Positions 40,050 through 53,307 of a stretch of DNA of 64,000 nt are shown here, piece by piece. The stretch's first letter is position 1. Each line of letters starts with the position of its first letter. The DNA is taken from positions 6,944,001 through 7,008,000 of the forward strand of contig NC_043001.1 in assembly GCF_006345805.1 (NCBI RefSeq), given 5' to 3'. Source of the DNA: Octopus sinensis. Lineage: Eukaryota. Below the pieces are notes generated by a model. It made no database searches. It was not told the origin of the DNA and saw only the letters and a list, made by a program, of their open reading frames with translations. The translations under genes and the position numbers were made by a program.

Positions 40050-40605
40050 TTCCCAATTACAAGTTCTGCCCCACTTCGTGGAATCTTTCACAAGTGCCCT
40101 CATTTATAGCCACGGGCGGATCAAATGCTTGTGAGTGAATTTGTGAGACCGAAGGCGAAATATTCTCTCGTATATATATATATATATATATATTGATAAA
40201 ATGGTTAAGACAAGAAAAGAAAGAAATTGACCTCGATATTATGTAAATAGAAGAATTTATCTGTAAATGTAATATATGACAATTATTTGGTAGCCATGAT
40301 AAAACTCTGAGTTTCGGATGCCGAGGTGGAAATCCACGTCCCCATCTCTTCAGTTATCCGGCTTCTATCGTTTCACAAACATATCTCGTAACGGACACAT
40401 CTTATCCAGTGTGATCTTACTATTGAGGTGGTAACTAAAAAACGTTATTTTTGTGTTCCCGTCCCTGGACCTTGGTAGTTCGGCAAACATAACTGATACA
40501 ATAAGTACTAGGTTTACAAAGAATAAGTCCTGGGTTTTATTTCTCTGAATATTGGGGGGTGCTCCATCATGGCCGCAGCCAAATGACTGAAATAAGTAAA
40601 TAAAA
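40050..40605 (+). mobile_element. SINE family A interrupted in its internal (TA)n by a Penelope-like module (~40192-40440, minus strand)
   Basis: Degenerate head at 40050-40170 and 3' body at 40450-40605 (GGTGCTCCATCATGGCCGCAGCCAAATGACTGAAA) flank unrelated sequence containing a hammerhead fold. Confidence 0.65.
40298..40358 (-). ncRNA. Type I hammerhead ribozyme-like motif with canonical core
   Basis: Minus strand: GATAA | CTGAAGA | GATG..GTGG ATTT CCAC..CATCC | GAA | ACTC A GAGT | T | TTATC. Stem I is GATAA/TTATC, stem III is near-palindromic, triplet GUU. Confidence 0.7.
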
Positions 40606-40619
40606 AAACAAGACTATAT

Positions 40620-40790
40620 ATATACAACAGGCTTCTTTCAGTTTCCACCTACGAAATCCACTAACAAGGTTTAGTCGGCCCTAGGTTATTGTAGAACACA
40701 CACGCCCAAGTTGCCACGCAGTGCGACCGAATCCGGAACCATGTGTCTAGGAAGCAAGCTTCTTACCACACGCCTGCACCTCGGCTTATA
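40620..40790 (-). mobile_element. SINE family A 5' half
   Basis: GGCTTCTTTCAGTTTCC..CCAAGTTGCCACGCAGTG..CTTACCACACGCCTGCACCT. Confidence 0.8.
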
Positions 40791-40809
40791 TATATAAACG
40801 AATGCTGTC

Positions 40810-40950
40810 TTTCAAGCCCCGTCAACCCAATCAATTCTCTAGGCTTTTGTTGGCCCTAGGCTATGGTAGAAGACACTTGGCATAGTTACAACACAATGGG
40901 ACTCCACTCAGAGCCATGTGGTTGGGAATAAAACTACTCACACCTCCGCC
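40810..40950 (-). mobile_element. SINE family A 5' half, older copy
   Basis: GGCCCTAGGCTATGGTAGAAGACACTTGG..GCCATGTGGTTGGG. Confidence 0.7.
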
Positions 40951-41028
40951 TTCTCCTACGTACCTAGGAACGATATTTAGTTAACTTGATTATTTAAAGA
41001 AAGAAAGCCGCTCAGTATTCAAATAGTG

Positions 41029-41381
41029 GGGAGGCGCAATAACCCTGTGGTTAGGGCAGCGGACACGATTCCCAGGTTGGGCGTTGTGAGTGTTTGTTGA
41101 GCGAGAACACCTGAAATTCCATGAGTCTAGGGCATGGGTGGTGTCGAACCCTGCTCTACCCTTTACCACAACTTTCTCTCTTTCTTCATGTTTCTGTTGT
41201 ACCTGTATTTCAAAGGGCTAGCCTTGTCACACTCTGAATCACGTTGAATCACCCCGAGAACTACTTGAATTGTACACGCGTATGTGGAGTGCTCAACCAA
41301 TTGCACGTTAATTTCACGGGCAGGCAGTTCCGTTGGTCAGACCAAATAGAACCTTCGTCATCATAACCGACGGAGTGCCAC
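41029..41381 (+). mobile_element. tRNA-derived SINE family C
   Basis: GGGAGGCGCAATAACCCTGTGGTTAGGGCAGCGGAC head, CGATTCCCAG B-box remnant, CTGTATTTCAAAGGGCTAGCCTTGTCACAC centre, tail CGTCATCATAACCGACGGAGTGCCA. Confidence 0.8.
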
Positions 41382-41749
41382 GATTAGTAGGAGTTGAAAT
41401 AGTTATCATAATTAGTAAAATTAGTCAATATGACATAAGTTTGAGAAAAGATAGAATCAAATACCAATATCAAATTAGGTCTCAGATACGACATAAATTC
41501 AGGAATGAAACAGATGTTTATGACTTAAATCACTCATAAACATCTGTTTCAATTTAATCAATTCAGAGTTATATGAATTTGATAGTCCCGATGTAAAAGC
41601 CTAGAAGCTGTAAACCGCAGTCTAATCCCGTCATACTTACACAGATAGAGTTGTGATAGACTCATCATGGTAAAATGAATGAAGCAAATTTGAAAGTAAA
41701 CCACAATTCAGAAATATCATTAGAAGCTAATGTTCTTGTCTATATAGGT

Positions 41750-41766
41750 GTATGTATGTGTTTGTT

Positions 41767-41804
<38 letters not shown>

Positions 41805-42330
41805 CGAGCTCGCATTTGTGTGTGTGTGTGTGTGCATTCCTGAGTGCGCGTGTCTCTCTGTGTCTGTGTGTCTGTGGGAGCGCATATATGAATGAATGCC
41901 TGTGTGCGAGTGCGCTTCTGTGTATGTGTGTGTGTGTGTGTGTCTGGGTTCGAGTGCCCCTGTGGATGTGTGTATGTGTGTCTGTGTACGAGCTCGCCTC
42001 TGTACGTGTGTGTGTGTGTGCATTCCTGAGTGCGCGTGCTTATGTGTATGTGTGTGTCTGTGTGCCTGTGTGCGGGAGCGCATATATGAATGAATGCCTG
42101 TGTGCGAGTGTGTCTGTGTCTGTGTGTGTCTGGGTTCGAGTGCCCCTGTAGATGTGTGTATGTGTGTCTGTGTACGAGCTCGCCTCTGTATGTGTGTGTC
42201 TGTGTGTCTGTGTGCGCGAGCGCATATATGAATGAGTGCCTGTGTACGAGTGCGCCTCTGCATGTGCATATATGTGTGTATGTGTGTGTGCGGACGTGCG
42301 TGTATATGTGCCTGCATGCGTGTGCGTATC
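41750..42330. repeat. TG-rich minisatellite, ~185-bp unit, about 3 copies
   Basis: TACGAGCTCGC at 41803, 41987 and 42173; GAGCGCATATATGAATGA and GGGTTCGAGTGCCCCTGT recur at the same period. Confidence 0.9.
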
Positions 42331-42721
42331 TGTTTTCATTGTTTTGAGGCAACTTGAAATTTAAGGAAAAACAACCATATGAACAAAATAACGCGATTAA
42401 ATATAGACTGGAAGCTATATATAATGAGTTAAACTGATTGATTCTAATATATAAAATATATATATGTGTGTGTGTGTGTTTGTGTGTGTTTGTGTGTGTG
42501 TGTGTGTAGAAAACATGTAAAAACCATGTTAAAATTTTAAAATCAAATCAAATCGATACGTGGGCGCACAAACACACACAGAAAAAAGCATTCACACACA
42601 TCTATAAACACATCTGTACACACGTATACATATACATGCCTATATATATATATACACTCACACACGTGTATATACATACGAACACACTTACAAACATATA
42701 AATATACATATATATATATAC

Positions 42722-42766
<45 letters not shown>

Positions 42767-43790
42767 CATTTATACATATACACACAAACATGTATACATA
42801 CACACACACACACGTATATATATAATCACTGTCCAACACGACTGTACCTACGGAGGAGGTGCACGAATAGCAAATGAGATAATGTTTAAAAATGTGTATA
42901 AATTATTTATATTTTAATTTCCGATTACAGATACTGACTTTTTGAGCAGTTAATTGATTGTTAAATAACATTGAAATGAATAAATAAAATTTAAAAAAAT
43001 AATATATTTCAACTACCGACTGAAAATCCATTTCCCATATTCAAGTACCAGAAGCAACGGATAAAAGCTCCGCCATTCTATAAGGCCACTGGTGTAACTC
43101 CAGATTAGTTAGGATGCCGTTAATAATTTCTCTGTGTATTTAATATATTCTAGTTTGTTTTCTTTCTATTTTAATCAATATTACGGCTTCAATTTTTGAA
43201 CATCGTTTTTTTTACTTTGAAATGTTCATGAACCTATAAACTTTGAGCGGTAATTTTGACGAACCCTGTATTTAATGGCGGCTTAATGCAAAATAAAACC
43301 CAGTGGCAGAAACGTTACGACGTTCGACAAAATGTTTAATAGTATTTCTCTTGTCTCTTTACGTTCTAAGTTCGCATTCCATCGAGTCCAAATTTCTTAT
43401 TTGCCCTTTGGGACTCGATTCAGTAAAGCATCCGTCAAGTCCTGGGATGGGTGCTGAGGTAAGCGACTGTTCACTTAGCGGAAAGGATGGCTGACGTCGA
43501 ATCATGTAACGTCTCGTTCATTTCTGCCAGTTAAACGCGACGCAAGAGAAGTAATCACTTTTTGACTCCTACGGCCAACGGAAAGAATACAATACAAAAC
43601 AAGAATCTTCTTTCTACTTACCAGGCTTCGGGTGTCATCGCTCGATTTACTTTCATTTTTCTGACATTAGTTTAGCATGTTTGTATGATGTAGTACAATG
43701 TTAAGCATCATGAGGTATAATGATAATTGTCATCATTATTAGCAACGATAAATATCCGGGAAGTGTAATTATCATTATTCTGCAGGACAA

Positions 43791-44357
43791 GGCGGCGAGC
43801 TGGCAGAGTCGTTAGCACGCCGGGCGAAATGCGTACCCGTATTTCGTCTGCCTTTAGGTTCTGAGTTCAAATTCCGCCGAGGTCGACTTTGGCATTCATC
43901 CTTTCGGGGTCGATAAATTAAGTACCAGTTACACACCGGGGTCGATGTAATCGACTTGATCCCTTTGTCCCCTCTGTGTTTAGCCCCTTGTTGGTTGTAA
44001 AGAAATAGGTATTTTGTCTGCCGTTACGTTCTGAGTTCAAATTCCGCCCAGGTCGACTTTGCCTTTCATCCTTTCGGGGTCGATTAAATATGTACCAGTT
44101 ACGCACTGGGGTCGATATAATCGACTTAATCCGTTTATCTGTCCTTGTTTGTCTCTCTGTGTGTAACTCCTTGTGGGTAGTAAAGAAATATGTATTTTGC
44201 CCGTCGCTAGGTTCTGAGTTTAAATTCCACCGAGATCAACTTTTGCCTTTCAACATTTCAGGGTCGATAAAATAAGTACCTGTTGAAAACTGGGGTCCAT
44301 GTAATCGACTCATCCCTTCCCAGAAAACTGCTGCTTTTGTGACAAAATTTGAAACCG
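43791..44357 (+). mobile_element. SINE family B trimer flanked by a 15-bp TSD
   Basis: One head, units restarting at GTATTT at 43839, 44009 and 44192; TSD TTATTCTGCAGGACA (43775-43789) / TTATTCTGCAAGACA (44358-44372). Confidence 0.9.
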
Positions 44358-45090
44358 TTATTCTGCAAGACATCGTCTAAAAACGGGGTTCGACAGACTC
44401 GTAACAGCATCAGGTGAAGCATTTTTTGGTATTTTACCGGTGGGTTATAGCATACTTCGTTCTACAGAAAAGTCAGGACCTCCTAGAAGTTCGAAAACAT
44501 TGGCAAGAATAAACGTATTCATCTTCGTAATTTCTTGTATCACTATAATCATTACATACATGAATAGTTTGGAGTTCAGCGCTTAAATACTTCCAGCAAT
44601 GTACTTAATTGAAAAACCAATTATATATTATATCTAACCTCGTATTCAGTCGTTAATAATTTTCATGATGCTGAAACGATGACGATGAAGTTGATATCTG
44701 TGGAAATTCGAACGCAGAACATATAGGTCCAGTAAGTAAATCTTATAAGACATTTTGTTTTACGCACTAATGATTGTTGTAATCCGAATTCCAGGAGAGT
44801 CTACGGAAACATACGAAATTAGCCGAGTGAATCCAATTAAGATTCAATGCTTTGATGAAAGTATAGGAAATATGGAATTGTATATTTTCAATGAAAGTAC
44901 AAGTGAAATAGTGAAAGTAATTGTCAGTAAATATGCCAGGGAGCTTATGGTAAGATAACTAGTTGTTCTATTTGGTTTCATGGTTACGGAATGTGTTTTG
45001 AGACGAAGATTTCTATACAAAACTATAAATATAATTGTGCAATTATTAACAGTGATTAACATATCAATCTATCAATACACACATACATAC

Positions 45091-45121
<31 letters not shown>

Positions 45122-45218
45122 CACATACACACACACAAATATATATGCTCATATATATATATATATATATATATACATCTATAAAAGCATACACATATAT
45201 ATTCATGCATACACACAT

Positions 45219-45250
<32 letters not shown>

Positions 45251-45903
45251 TTATATGAGGGGTGTTTGTATACATATATATATAATATCCTTACAAATAT
45301 CAACTTCCAGACGCACACACATACACACACAAACACACATTTACACACATACACACATATGTATGTATACAGGTATGTAACATCTTCCATAGCGTGTGTA
45401 CCATTCGCCCAGACTAAAATGCATTCCATTGAAAATCTTACCAATCTTCTTGAATTCTTACAAATTTTCTTCAATGGAATTTAAAATAAAAAATTATCTC
45501 AGTCGATTAAATACATGTTTTAAACACTGGAAATAACTAAAATCAATGAATTTAATGTTCAATATTTCAGTGAAATTATATTTGAAATTATAAACCTTTG
45601 AAATTTATTTCTCTGTCAAGCCTCATTAATTGTTTAAGTGATACTACTTGGGAGATGATGTGATTCAGACACGCACGCAAACACACACGCACACACATAT
45701 TTACATATGTAAAATAGTATATACTGTATGTATATACATGACAAATGTTATATATACATACATATATAAATACATACACACACACACTTATATATGTAAA
45801 ATATTAAATACATGTATGTATATACATGGCAAATGTTATATATACCACACACACACACATATATATATATATATAGATATATATATATATATATATATAT
45901 ATA

Positions 45904-45982
<79 letters not shown>

Positions 45983-45994
45983 ATCATACATATA

Positions 45995-46200
45995 TGTATA
46001 ATAGGGAGAGAATTTACAAAAAAATGAAGACGAAGGCGGGTGTGTAAACAACAAACACATGTATTAGTTTAACTCTCGGGAAGTGAGAAAGTCTTCTACG
46101 TTTCGAGCCTAACTCTTCGACAGAAAGGAACATAGAAATAAACGGAGAAAATATTTTAAAAAGAAGATATAGTGGCTAGCGATTTATCACGGCGAATGCC
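45995..46200 (-). mobile_element. Penelope-like 3' terminal module (CUGU-core family, copy 5)
   Basis: Minus strand CCTTT CTGTCGA A GAG TTAGG CTC GAA ACGT A GAAGA at 46093-46128; homologous to 9847-10048; ends at a TA-rich tract. Confidence 0.7.
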
Positions 46201-46938
46201 GGACAGAGGGGTCACACACACACACATATCGACGGTTGTGTACACAACGTAATAGGAAATCATGAGCCATGCGTGTGTGCGTATGTGACTAAGTGGTTTT
46301 ACCTAGTTGTACATAAATATCAGTATCGAATTGTTTTTATGTGGTTTTACAAACATGAAAACAATCAAAGTCTGTATATAGGTATAAGTCTTTTAGCCAG
46401 TGTTTCTCACCCTAAAGTTGTAGTACATAATTCACCGTGTAACGTGCTCAATGCACATAAATTCATTCTACGCTAAATATGCACTTAATTTAAACAACTC
46501 CGCGGAAACCATAGAACGTCGCGGGAACAGTTATCTCTGAATGCAATAATCAGCAGAGAAACAGATGTAAAGTAATGAAATTGAATTCGTAACTTTTGTT
46601 CATTTGTCATTCATTACTCCGTAGTCACCTGAGACCTTTTGCTCTAAAGCGTAAATAAATTGAGTTTTAACAACTTGTTATTAATTTTCTGATGTATATT
46701 TTATTTTTGGAAACGTTTCAATAGAAGATGGAATAATGGTCAAGTAAGTGTCATTTTTAAAAGACGTGTCTGTTTTGTATGTGTCTGCTGTATATAGACA
46801 TTTAGGCGCACACACAGACAGGAATATAAACACTGACGCAGAGACATATACATATATATATATAAGTATATATACACCCACATATATATGTATGCTTGTA
46901 TGTATACATACATCATAAATTTTATATATATATATATA

Positions 46939-47318
46939 CTCTTTTATTTGTTTCAGTCATTTGACTGTGGCCTTGCTAGAACGCCGCATTTAGTCGATCA
47001 AATCAACCCCATGATTTATTCATTGTAAGCCTAGTACTTATTATATCGGTCTCTTTGCCGAACCGCGAAGTTACGGGGACGTAAACACACCAGCATCGGT
47101 TGTCAAGCGATGTTGGTGTGGGGACAAATACTGACACACAAACATATATACACACATACTCACATATATATATATATACATATATACGACGGGCTTTTTT
47201 TCAATTTCCGTCTAACAAATCTACTCACAAGGCTTTAGTCGGCCCGAGGTTATAATAAGAAGACAGCTTGCCTATGTGGTTCGTAAGCAAGTTACTTACC
47301 ACACAGCCATTCCTACGC
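46939..47318 (-). mobile_element. SINE family A with internal deletion in the head
   Basis: Same body as 30783-31179. Confidence 0.88.
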
Positions 47319-47342
47319 ATATATACATACATACATACATAT

Positions 47343-47387
<45 letters not shown>

Positions 47388-47399
47388 ATATATATATAT

Positions 47400-47453
<54 letters not shown>

Positions 47454-47829
47454 GAATATATAGAGAAATAGCGAGACAGTAATGTTGTAGAGATGGACAT
47501 CTTGATATTTACTTTAGAGGAACGAAATACCATTTGACCTTTGGTGTAGCTTTAGGTCAACTCCAGGAGCAATTATTTCGTGAATCCCATTAGATCTTTT
47601 ACCAGAGAAATTTTGTATTGGTTTAATTTTCGCTGAATAATGACTTTCACATAAGGTAGCAGAGAAACCGTCAATATATATCAACATGTACCATGTAATG
47701 GGAGTACCTAGCAATCAGTCGTTTAAGAGGACAGGGTTTTTGGTTGATTCAATGAATGGAAGAATCAACTTTTAAAATTAAAGTGCAGATGGCAGTACTT
47801 AACGAAGTAATAGGTACTCTTAAAGTAGT

Positions 47830-48025
47830 TCTCAGAGAAATTCAGCGTGAAAGAGATTGCGATCAGGTTGGCACTTTGAAATACAGGCACAACTCAATTT
47901 TGACTGCTGAGTAGACTGGGGTAATGTGAAATGAAGTGTCATGCTGGAGGCCATAACGCCTAATGCCGAACTCAAGACCATACGATAGTGAAACGAGCAC
48001 TCTGACCACTTGGCCACGCGTCTTC
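47830..48025 (-). mobile_element. tRNA-derived SINE (family C-related)
   Basis: Minus head GAAGACGCGTGGCCAAGTGGTCAGAGTGCTCG..GAGTTCGGC, then GCCTGTATTTCAAAGTGCCAACC. Confidence 0.7.
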
Positions 48026-48316
48026 ACTTGCGATGGGGATACATTAGAAATGCTGGATTATGCTTTATAGATACGCATTTTATCCAACTTTATATGGTAC
48101 CGCAACAACTCGACATGAGATGCAGACGAGTTCAATGGAATCAATCTTCCTTAGACAAAAAATGTACCAACAAAGGTGGAACAAAGGCACATACAGGAGT
48201 GGTGATGTGAAACACCCGGCTTGAAGAAGTCAGAAAGACCACGGTGGTGCACCAGCATGACCACGGCAATGCCACATATATCTGCAACGAGTTAAGGAGT
48301 ATATATATATATATAT

Positions 48317-48444
<128 letters not shown>

Positions 48445-48504
48445 GATTATATATATATATATATACATAGATAGATAGATAAATAGATACACGCACACAC
48501 ACAC

Positions 48505-48561
<57 letters not shown>

Positions 48562-49368
48562 TAATTGCTCGTGTGTCTATTTATCATGATGAGAAGGGGA
48601 TGGTAACAAGTGTCTCGGAGTAATATGTGAAAGAGACCTGTGTGTTGAAATAAGAAGGGTTTCGCTCAGAATGCCTGCGAATTCACAAACACATGGTTTA
48701 GACAAAATATATTTTTGCATTGACGAATACCGTGCCATTCTACTGATTAACTCCCACAAAATTCAGCAGATATGTAATTCACAGATAATTCTATCTGAAC
48801 ATATTTCTTCGTCTTACATCAGAACCTCATTAGTATTCGTCCCCAGTGTCACAATTAAGTACTAGTTCGGCTCTTGTTTAGGTCGTAATCGACTAGAATG
48901 GCCACACGTGATCTTGGGCATTGCACCAAAATTTGAAGCTAATATTACGATCTAATATTGTGTATTTCAGTTTACATGGTCGACCGGCTTCTATTTTCAT
49001 TCTCACCTTGTTGATTCATAACTTAAAAAGGCGAAATAAACCGAGATGAAACGACCAGCTATGAAAACATCGATTAAACTATATACGCTTAGAAATCACT
49101 TACAAAATTACGCCTTGTAAGAAGGGAAATGAGTGAAGGCTTTCATGTAATATGTATACTTTGCTTTTACCGTACTTTCCTCTGTATTGCAGGTGTCATT
49201 TTGGAAGCAGCCTTATATCTTATACAAAGAAATATTTGATTTTGGAAAAATACTGAAATCTGAACATTAACAATTTAGAAAACCCAATTTAAATCCTACT
49301 TTACAATGATTTTAAATATATAATATTTTTATTAATGCGTTATACACACATAATTTCATACGCATGCA

Positions 49369-49410
<42 letters not shown>

Positions 49411-49951
49411 CTCACTCTTTCTTTCTCACTCTCATACACAGGTGTGTGTGTGTGCGTGTGTGTATTTGTAGATGGCATAAAAATCTGCTCTGCTGAAGAA
49501 ATAAATACCATGGAGGCTTCTCTAATGAAAATATATACTCTCATTTATGGAGTGTTGCCGATTTCCTTGTTTATAAAACAAAATATGAGATTGTAAGTAT
49601 ATGCGTGTAAGTAACACGGAGAAACACACACACACACACACACACACATACACACACATACATATCTTATGCACTTGTAAATATGTGTGTGAATATGGGA
49701 AATTGTATGTATATAGATACACACACATGATTTTACATATACATTACCGAGAAGTGAGGGTGATAAAGAAAGGAGGGTGTGAGTAACTGGAAAGGTGAAA
49801 GAAGTTTTTGAGAGAGATTGTGATAGAGATATATAAATATAAATAGGAGTATATTTTTATTTATCAAGAATAACAAAGATACAAATGAAAAAAATATGAT
49901 GGCATATAAACCTTTATATATATCTATATATGTATATATATATATATATAT

Positions 49952-49982
<31 letters not shown>

Positions 49983-51415
49983 CGTATCTATGCATGATGT
50001 ATATATATCAATCTATATATATATATATATATATAATATATATATATATTGTATACATATACATCAATCTATATTTTACCCTCAAATATTTTGCTATATG
50101 ATTAATAAGGTTATATTTGAACTGACAAAATAATATAAAGAAAAACAAGTTTATGTTTTTTGTAGGTTTAACTTCATGAAATAAATGAATACGTTTACTT
50201 TCTTTCATTTCCACTCCCAAATAAATAATTGAAATGAAATGGAAATATAAAAAAAAAACGTGATAAATGAATAAAGAAAGAAATATGCGAACTGTTAATT
50301 CTCTTCTTGCGTGCCTTTGGAAATACTGATGTAATTATACCAATATATCTGTGTGTGATTGTGTGTGTGTGTATGTATACATATGTGCGTATTTGGGGGC
50401 ATGTTTATGTATGTATATATGTATGCATATGTATACATAGATGTGTAATATATAGCTTAACTCTTAATATCGTTATTATTATGATTTGCCTGTTATTACG
50501 AGAAATAGTTTTATTATTATGCTAAAAACTCTTCTTCTTCTTCTTCTTCTTCCTTTTCTTTTTCTTCTTTTTCTTCTTCTAATTACTACTACTACTACTA
50601 CTACTACTACTACACTACTACTACTACTACTACTAATACTACTACTACTGTTTAATAATTATTACAGTATCGGTAGCTGTATTAGTATTAACAGTATATT
50701 ATCAGTTTTTCTATTAATATAATTGTAACTCGTATTTTAATGATTTTCGCCCCCCCCCCCGTCTTTCTCTCTATTTTTGCAAATATGTTCTCTCATTTAT
50801 TAGTTTCTATTTTTATTCGTTTTTTTGCCATTAAGGCTGAATTTATTATTTTATGATTTTATTTTGTTTATCTATAATTACGTCAATAAATATACAATTA
50901 ATTGCGGATGACTTTCACATTAAGATTCATAAGTCTGCTACCAATGATAATATTTCCCAGTTAATTTGATACATCGATTATAGAAAATTAAAGGAAATTA
51001 TACGCTGAGCCTGAGCAGAAATTTACTGAGAGATTCTGGAAAAGTTTCGGCAACAAAATGACAGAAAAAAGATTGAGAATAAACGAAAAGACACAACAAT
51101 ATATAATAACATATAAACTGCAAAATTGATATGTTCATCCTTCTATGCATATTATAGGTGAGTGAGTCATTATACTTTGAAAATACTTTATTGTTCCCCG
51201 CTCCTGTTGCATTCATTAGTCATTTGCGAATTATAAACATTTTTTTTCTTCTGAATGCTTCATTGTAAGCAAAACAGGTGCAGGACAAAATTTCATTTAT
51301 ATCTACTTATATTTATGTGTTTGTTTGTACTTATATATGGATATTTAGTCATATTTGTTTTATGTGTCAATGTCATCCAATGTTTTTTGTTGTTGGTGGT
51401 GGTGGGATGTAAAAT

Positions 51416-53307
51416 CATCATCATCATCATTGTTCGACCGTGGTCGAGACAATGGAATTTACCATGTTGCGCCAGACTTCACGGTCCATCATAGCATTAC
51501 GGAGGTCCTGTTGCTGGATGCCTGTATCCCTGGAGATTACATCAGGGTAGGAGAGTGTGCGCCCTCTGGTGTTGCGAGTAGATGGCTTCCAGAGGAGAAG
51601 AGTAGAAATTACTTCTTTTTCAGCTCTACAACAATGTCCAGCAAACTGGACTCTCCTACCTTTCACAAGAGATGACACAGGTGGTAATTTCCCATATATT
51701 TGCATTTTAGTTGGATGGCGCCTCCACGAGAGATTTTGAGCTCTCATAAGGAGGCGAGTGTAGGTTCCATCCACCGCCTCTCAAGCTTCTTTGATAACGT
51801 CCAGGTTTCTGAGCCATATAGTGAATTGGTTCGACTGTGGCTTTGAATATTTCAAGTTTGAAGTCTCTACTTAGATTTGATGACCAGATCTTATGCATGT
51901 CATTACAGGCTGACCAGGCCATACACTTCTAGTTAGAAAGTCTTTTCCAGATGATGATATGTATGACCCAAGATATTTATAATCAGAAACCATATTTAAA
52001 GGTGCACTGTTGAGAGTGTGGAGGATGCAATCACTGTTGACAGGCACTTGTTTATGTATTCAGTTTTGGTCTCATTGAAGTAAAGACCTACACAATTTGA
52101 GGCTTGTTCAAGAGATTGTAAAAGAGACTGGGCATTGGAGAGAGAATCACTGATAAGAGCGATGTCGTCAGCAAAGTCAGTGTCTGTCAAGTACTCAGCT
52201 GGGTGTCTGGAACTTCTTCTTGGTTTTATTTCAAAGCCCTTGCCAGAGATGGTATCAACTGACATACGTAGCACATAATCAGCAACAATGATGAAAAGAA
52301 ATGGGGCGAGTGTGTCTCCCTGCAGTATTCCGGCCTCGATCGAGAAAGATGATGTTTCTCCATCAGGGGTTAAGATGGTTGAAGACGTATCTGTGTAGAG
52401 GGCCTTGATGGCAGAAATAATTTTGTCTGGTATCCCATAGAGCTTAAGGATTTCAAACATCTTGTACCTATCTACAGAATCGAACGCTTTAGAAAAGTCT
52501 ACAATACCATTGCAAGATCGCGATTAAATGCTTTTGATTCTTCAATAAGTCTGCGCAGGCATAGTATCTGGCTCAGCGTTGAGCGCCCATGTCTGAATCC
52601 ATTTTGGTTCTTTCGGAGCAAAGGTTCAACAAAAAGGACAAGACGATTAGGATCAGTTTGTTGTACAGTTTTGCAGCATTGACATTAGAGATATGCCCCT
52701 GTAGTTGGTGACGAGGGACAAATCGCCTTTTTTGGGTATTGGAATGATTTGAGATTGGTGCCAAATCTTTGGAGCGACAAAGTGGAAAGTGTGTGTTGCA
52801 GAGGTTAAGCAAAAGTGTGTGAAATCTATCATCCTTCCAAATCACAGCCGGAATGTTGTCGGGACCAAATGCTTTCGAGGCTTTTAGTTGCTTAGTGGCT
52901 GCTGTTAGTTCAAATATGGTAAAAGGGGAGGTGTTGATGTCCAGCGTGTCTGATATAGGCACACTTGGAGAGTGGGGTTATCAGGAATTTTGGCATTCTT
53001 CCCAAGGAGGTTTTTAAAATGGGTTGACCAATTTTCTAAACGCTTCTTAGCTGATCCCCCTTTAATTCTAATTGATGACCCAGAATTTTTGCCTGATAGG
53101 TCTTTGATGGATTTCCAGGCGAGGTGGTGTTTTTTACTAATGTGCTCTTTCGATAGTTTACTAATTTTGCCATTGATAAATTCGACCTCGGCGTTCAAGT
53201 AAGCCTCATCAAGATTCTTCCTGGCAGCTATGAGTTGGATCTTCAGTGACTGGGATGGAGAACGGTGGTAAGCTAGTGATATAGACTTTAGATGGTTTCT
53301 GGCTTCT
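51416..53307 (-). mobile_element. 5'-truncated RTE-like LINE (RT domain and C-terminus), frameshifted, (GAT)n tail, 11-bp TSD
   Basis: ORF fragments include AFGPDNIPAVIWK, GILQGDTLAPFLFIIVADYVLR, DFADDIAL and RRVQFAGHCCR..MMDREVWR. Tail (CAT)n on plus from 51416. TSD GGATGTAAAAT at 51405-51415 and 53308-53318. Confidence 0.95.

Noticed and set aside
43839-44357. Regularly spaced ~175-bp repeats resembling an array (also 61040-61625)
   Set aside because: Units are near-identical SINE bodies with no unique spacers and no cas genes, in a eukaryotic context; not CRISPR.
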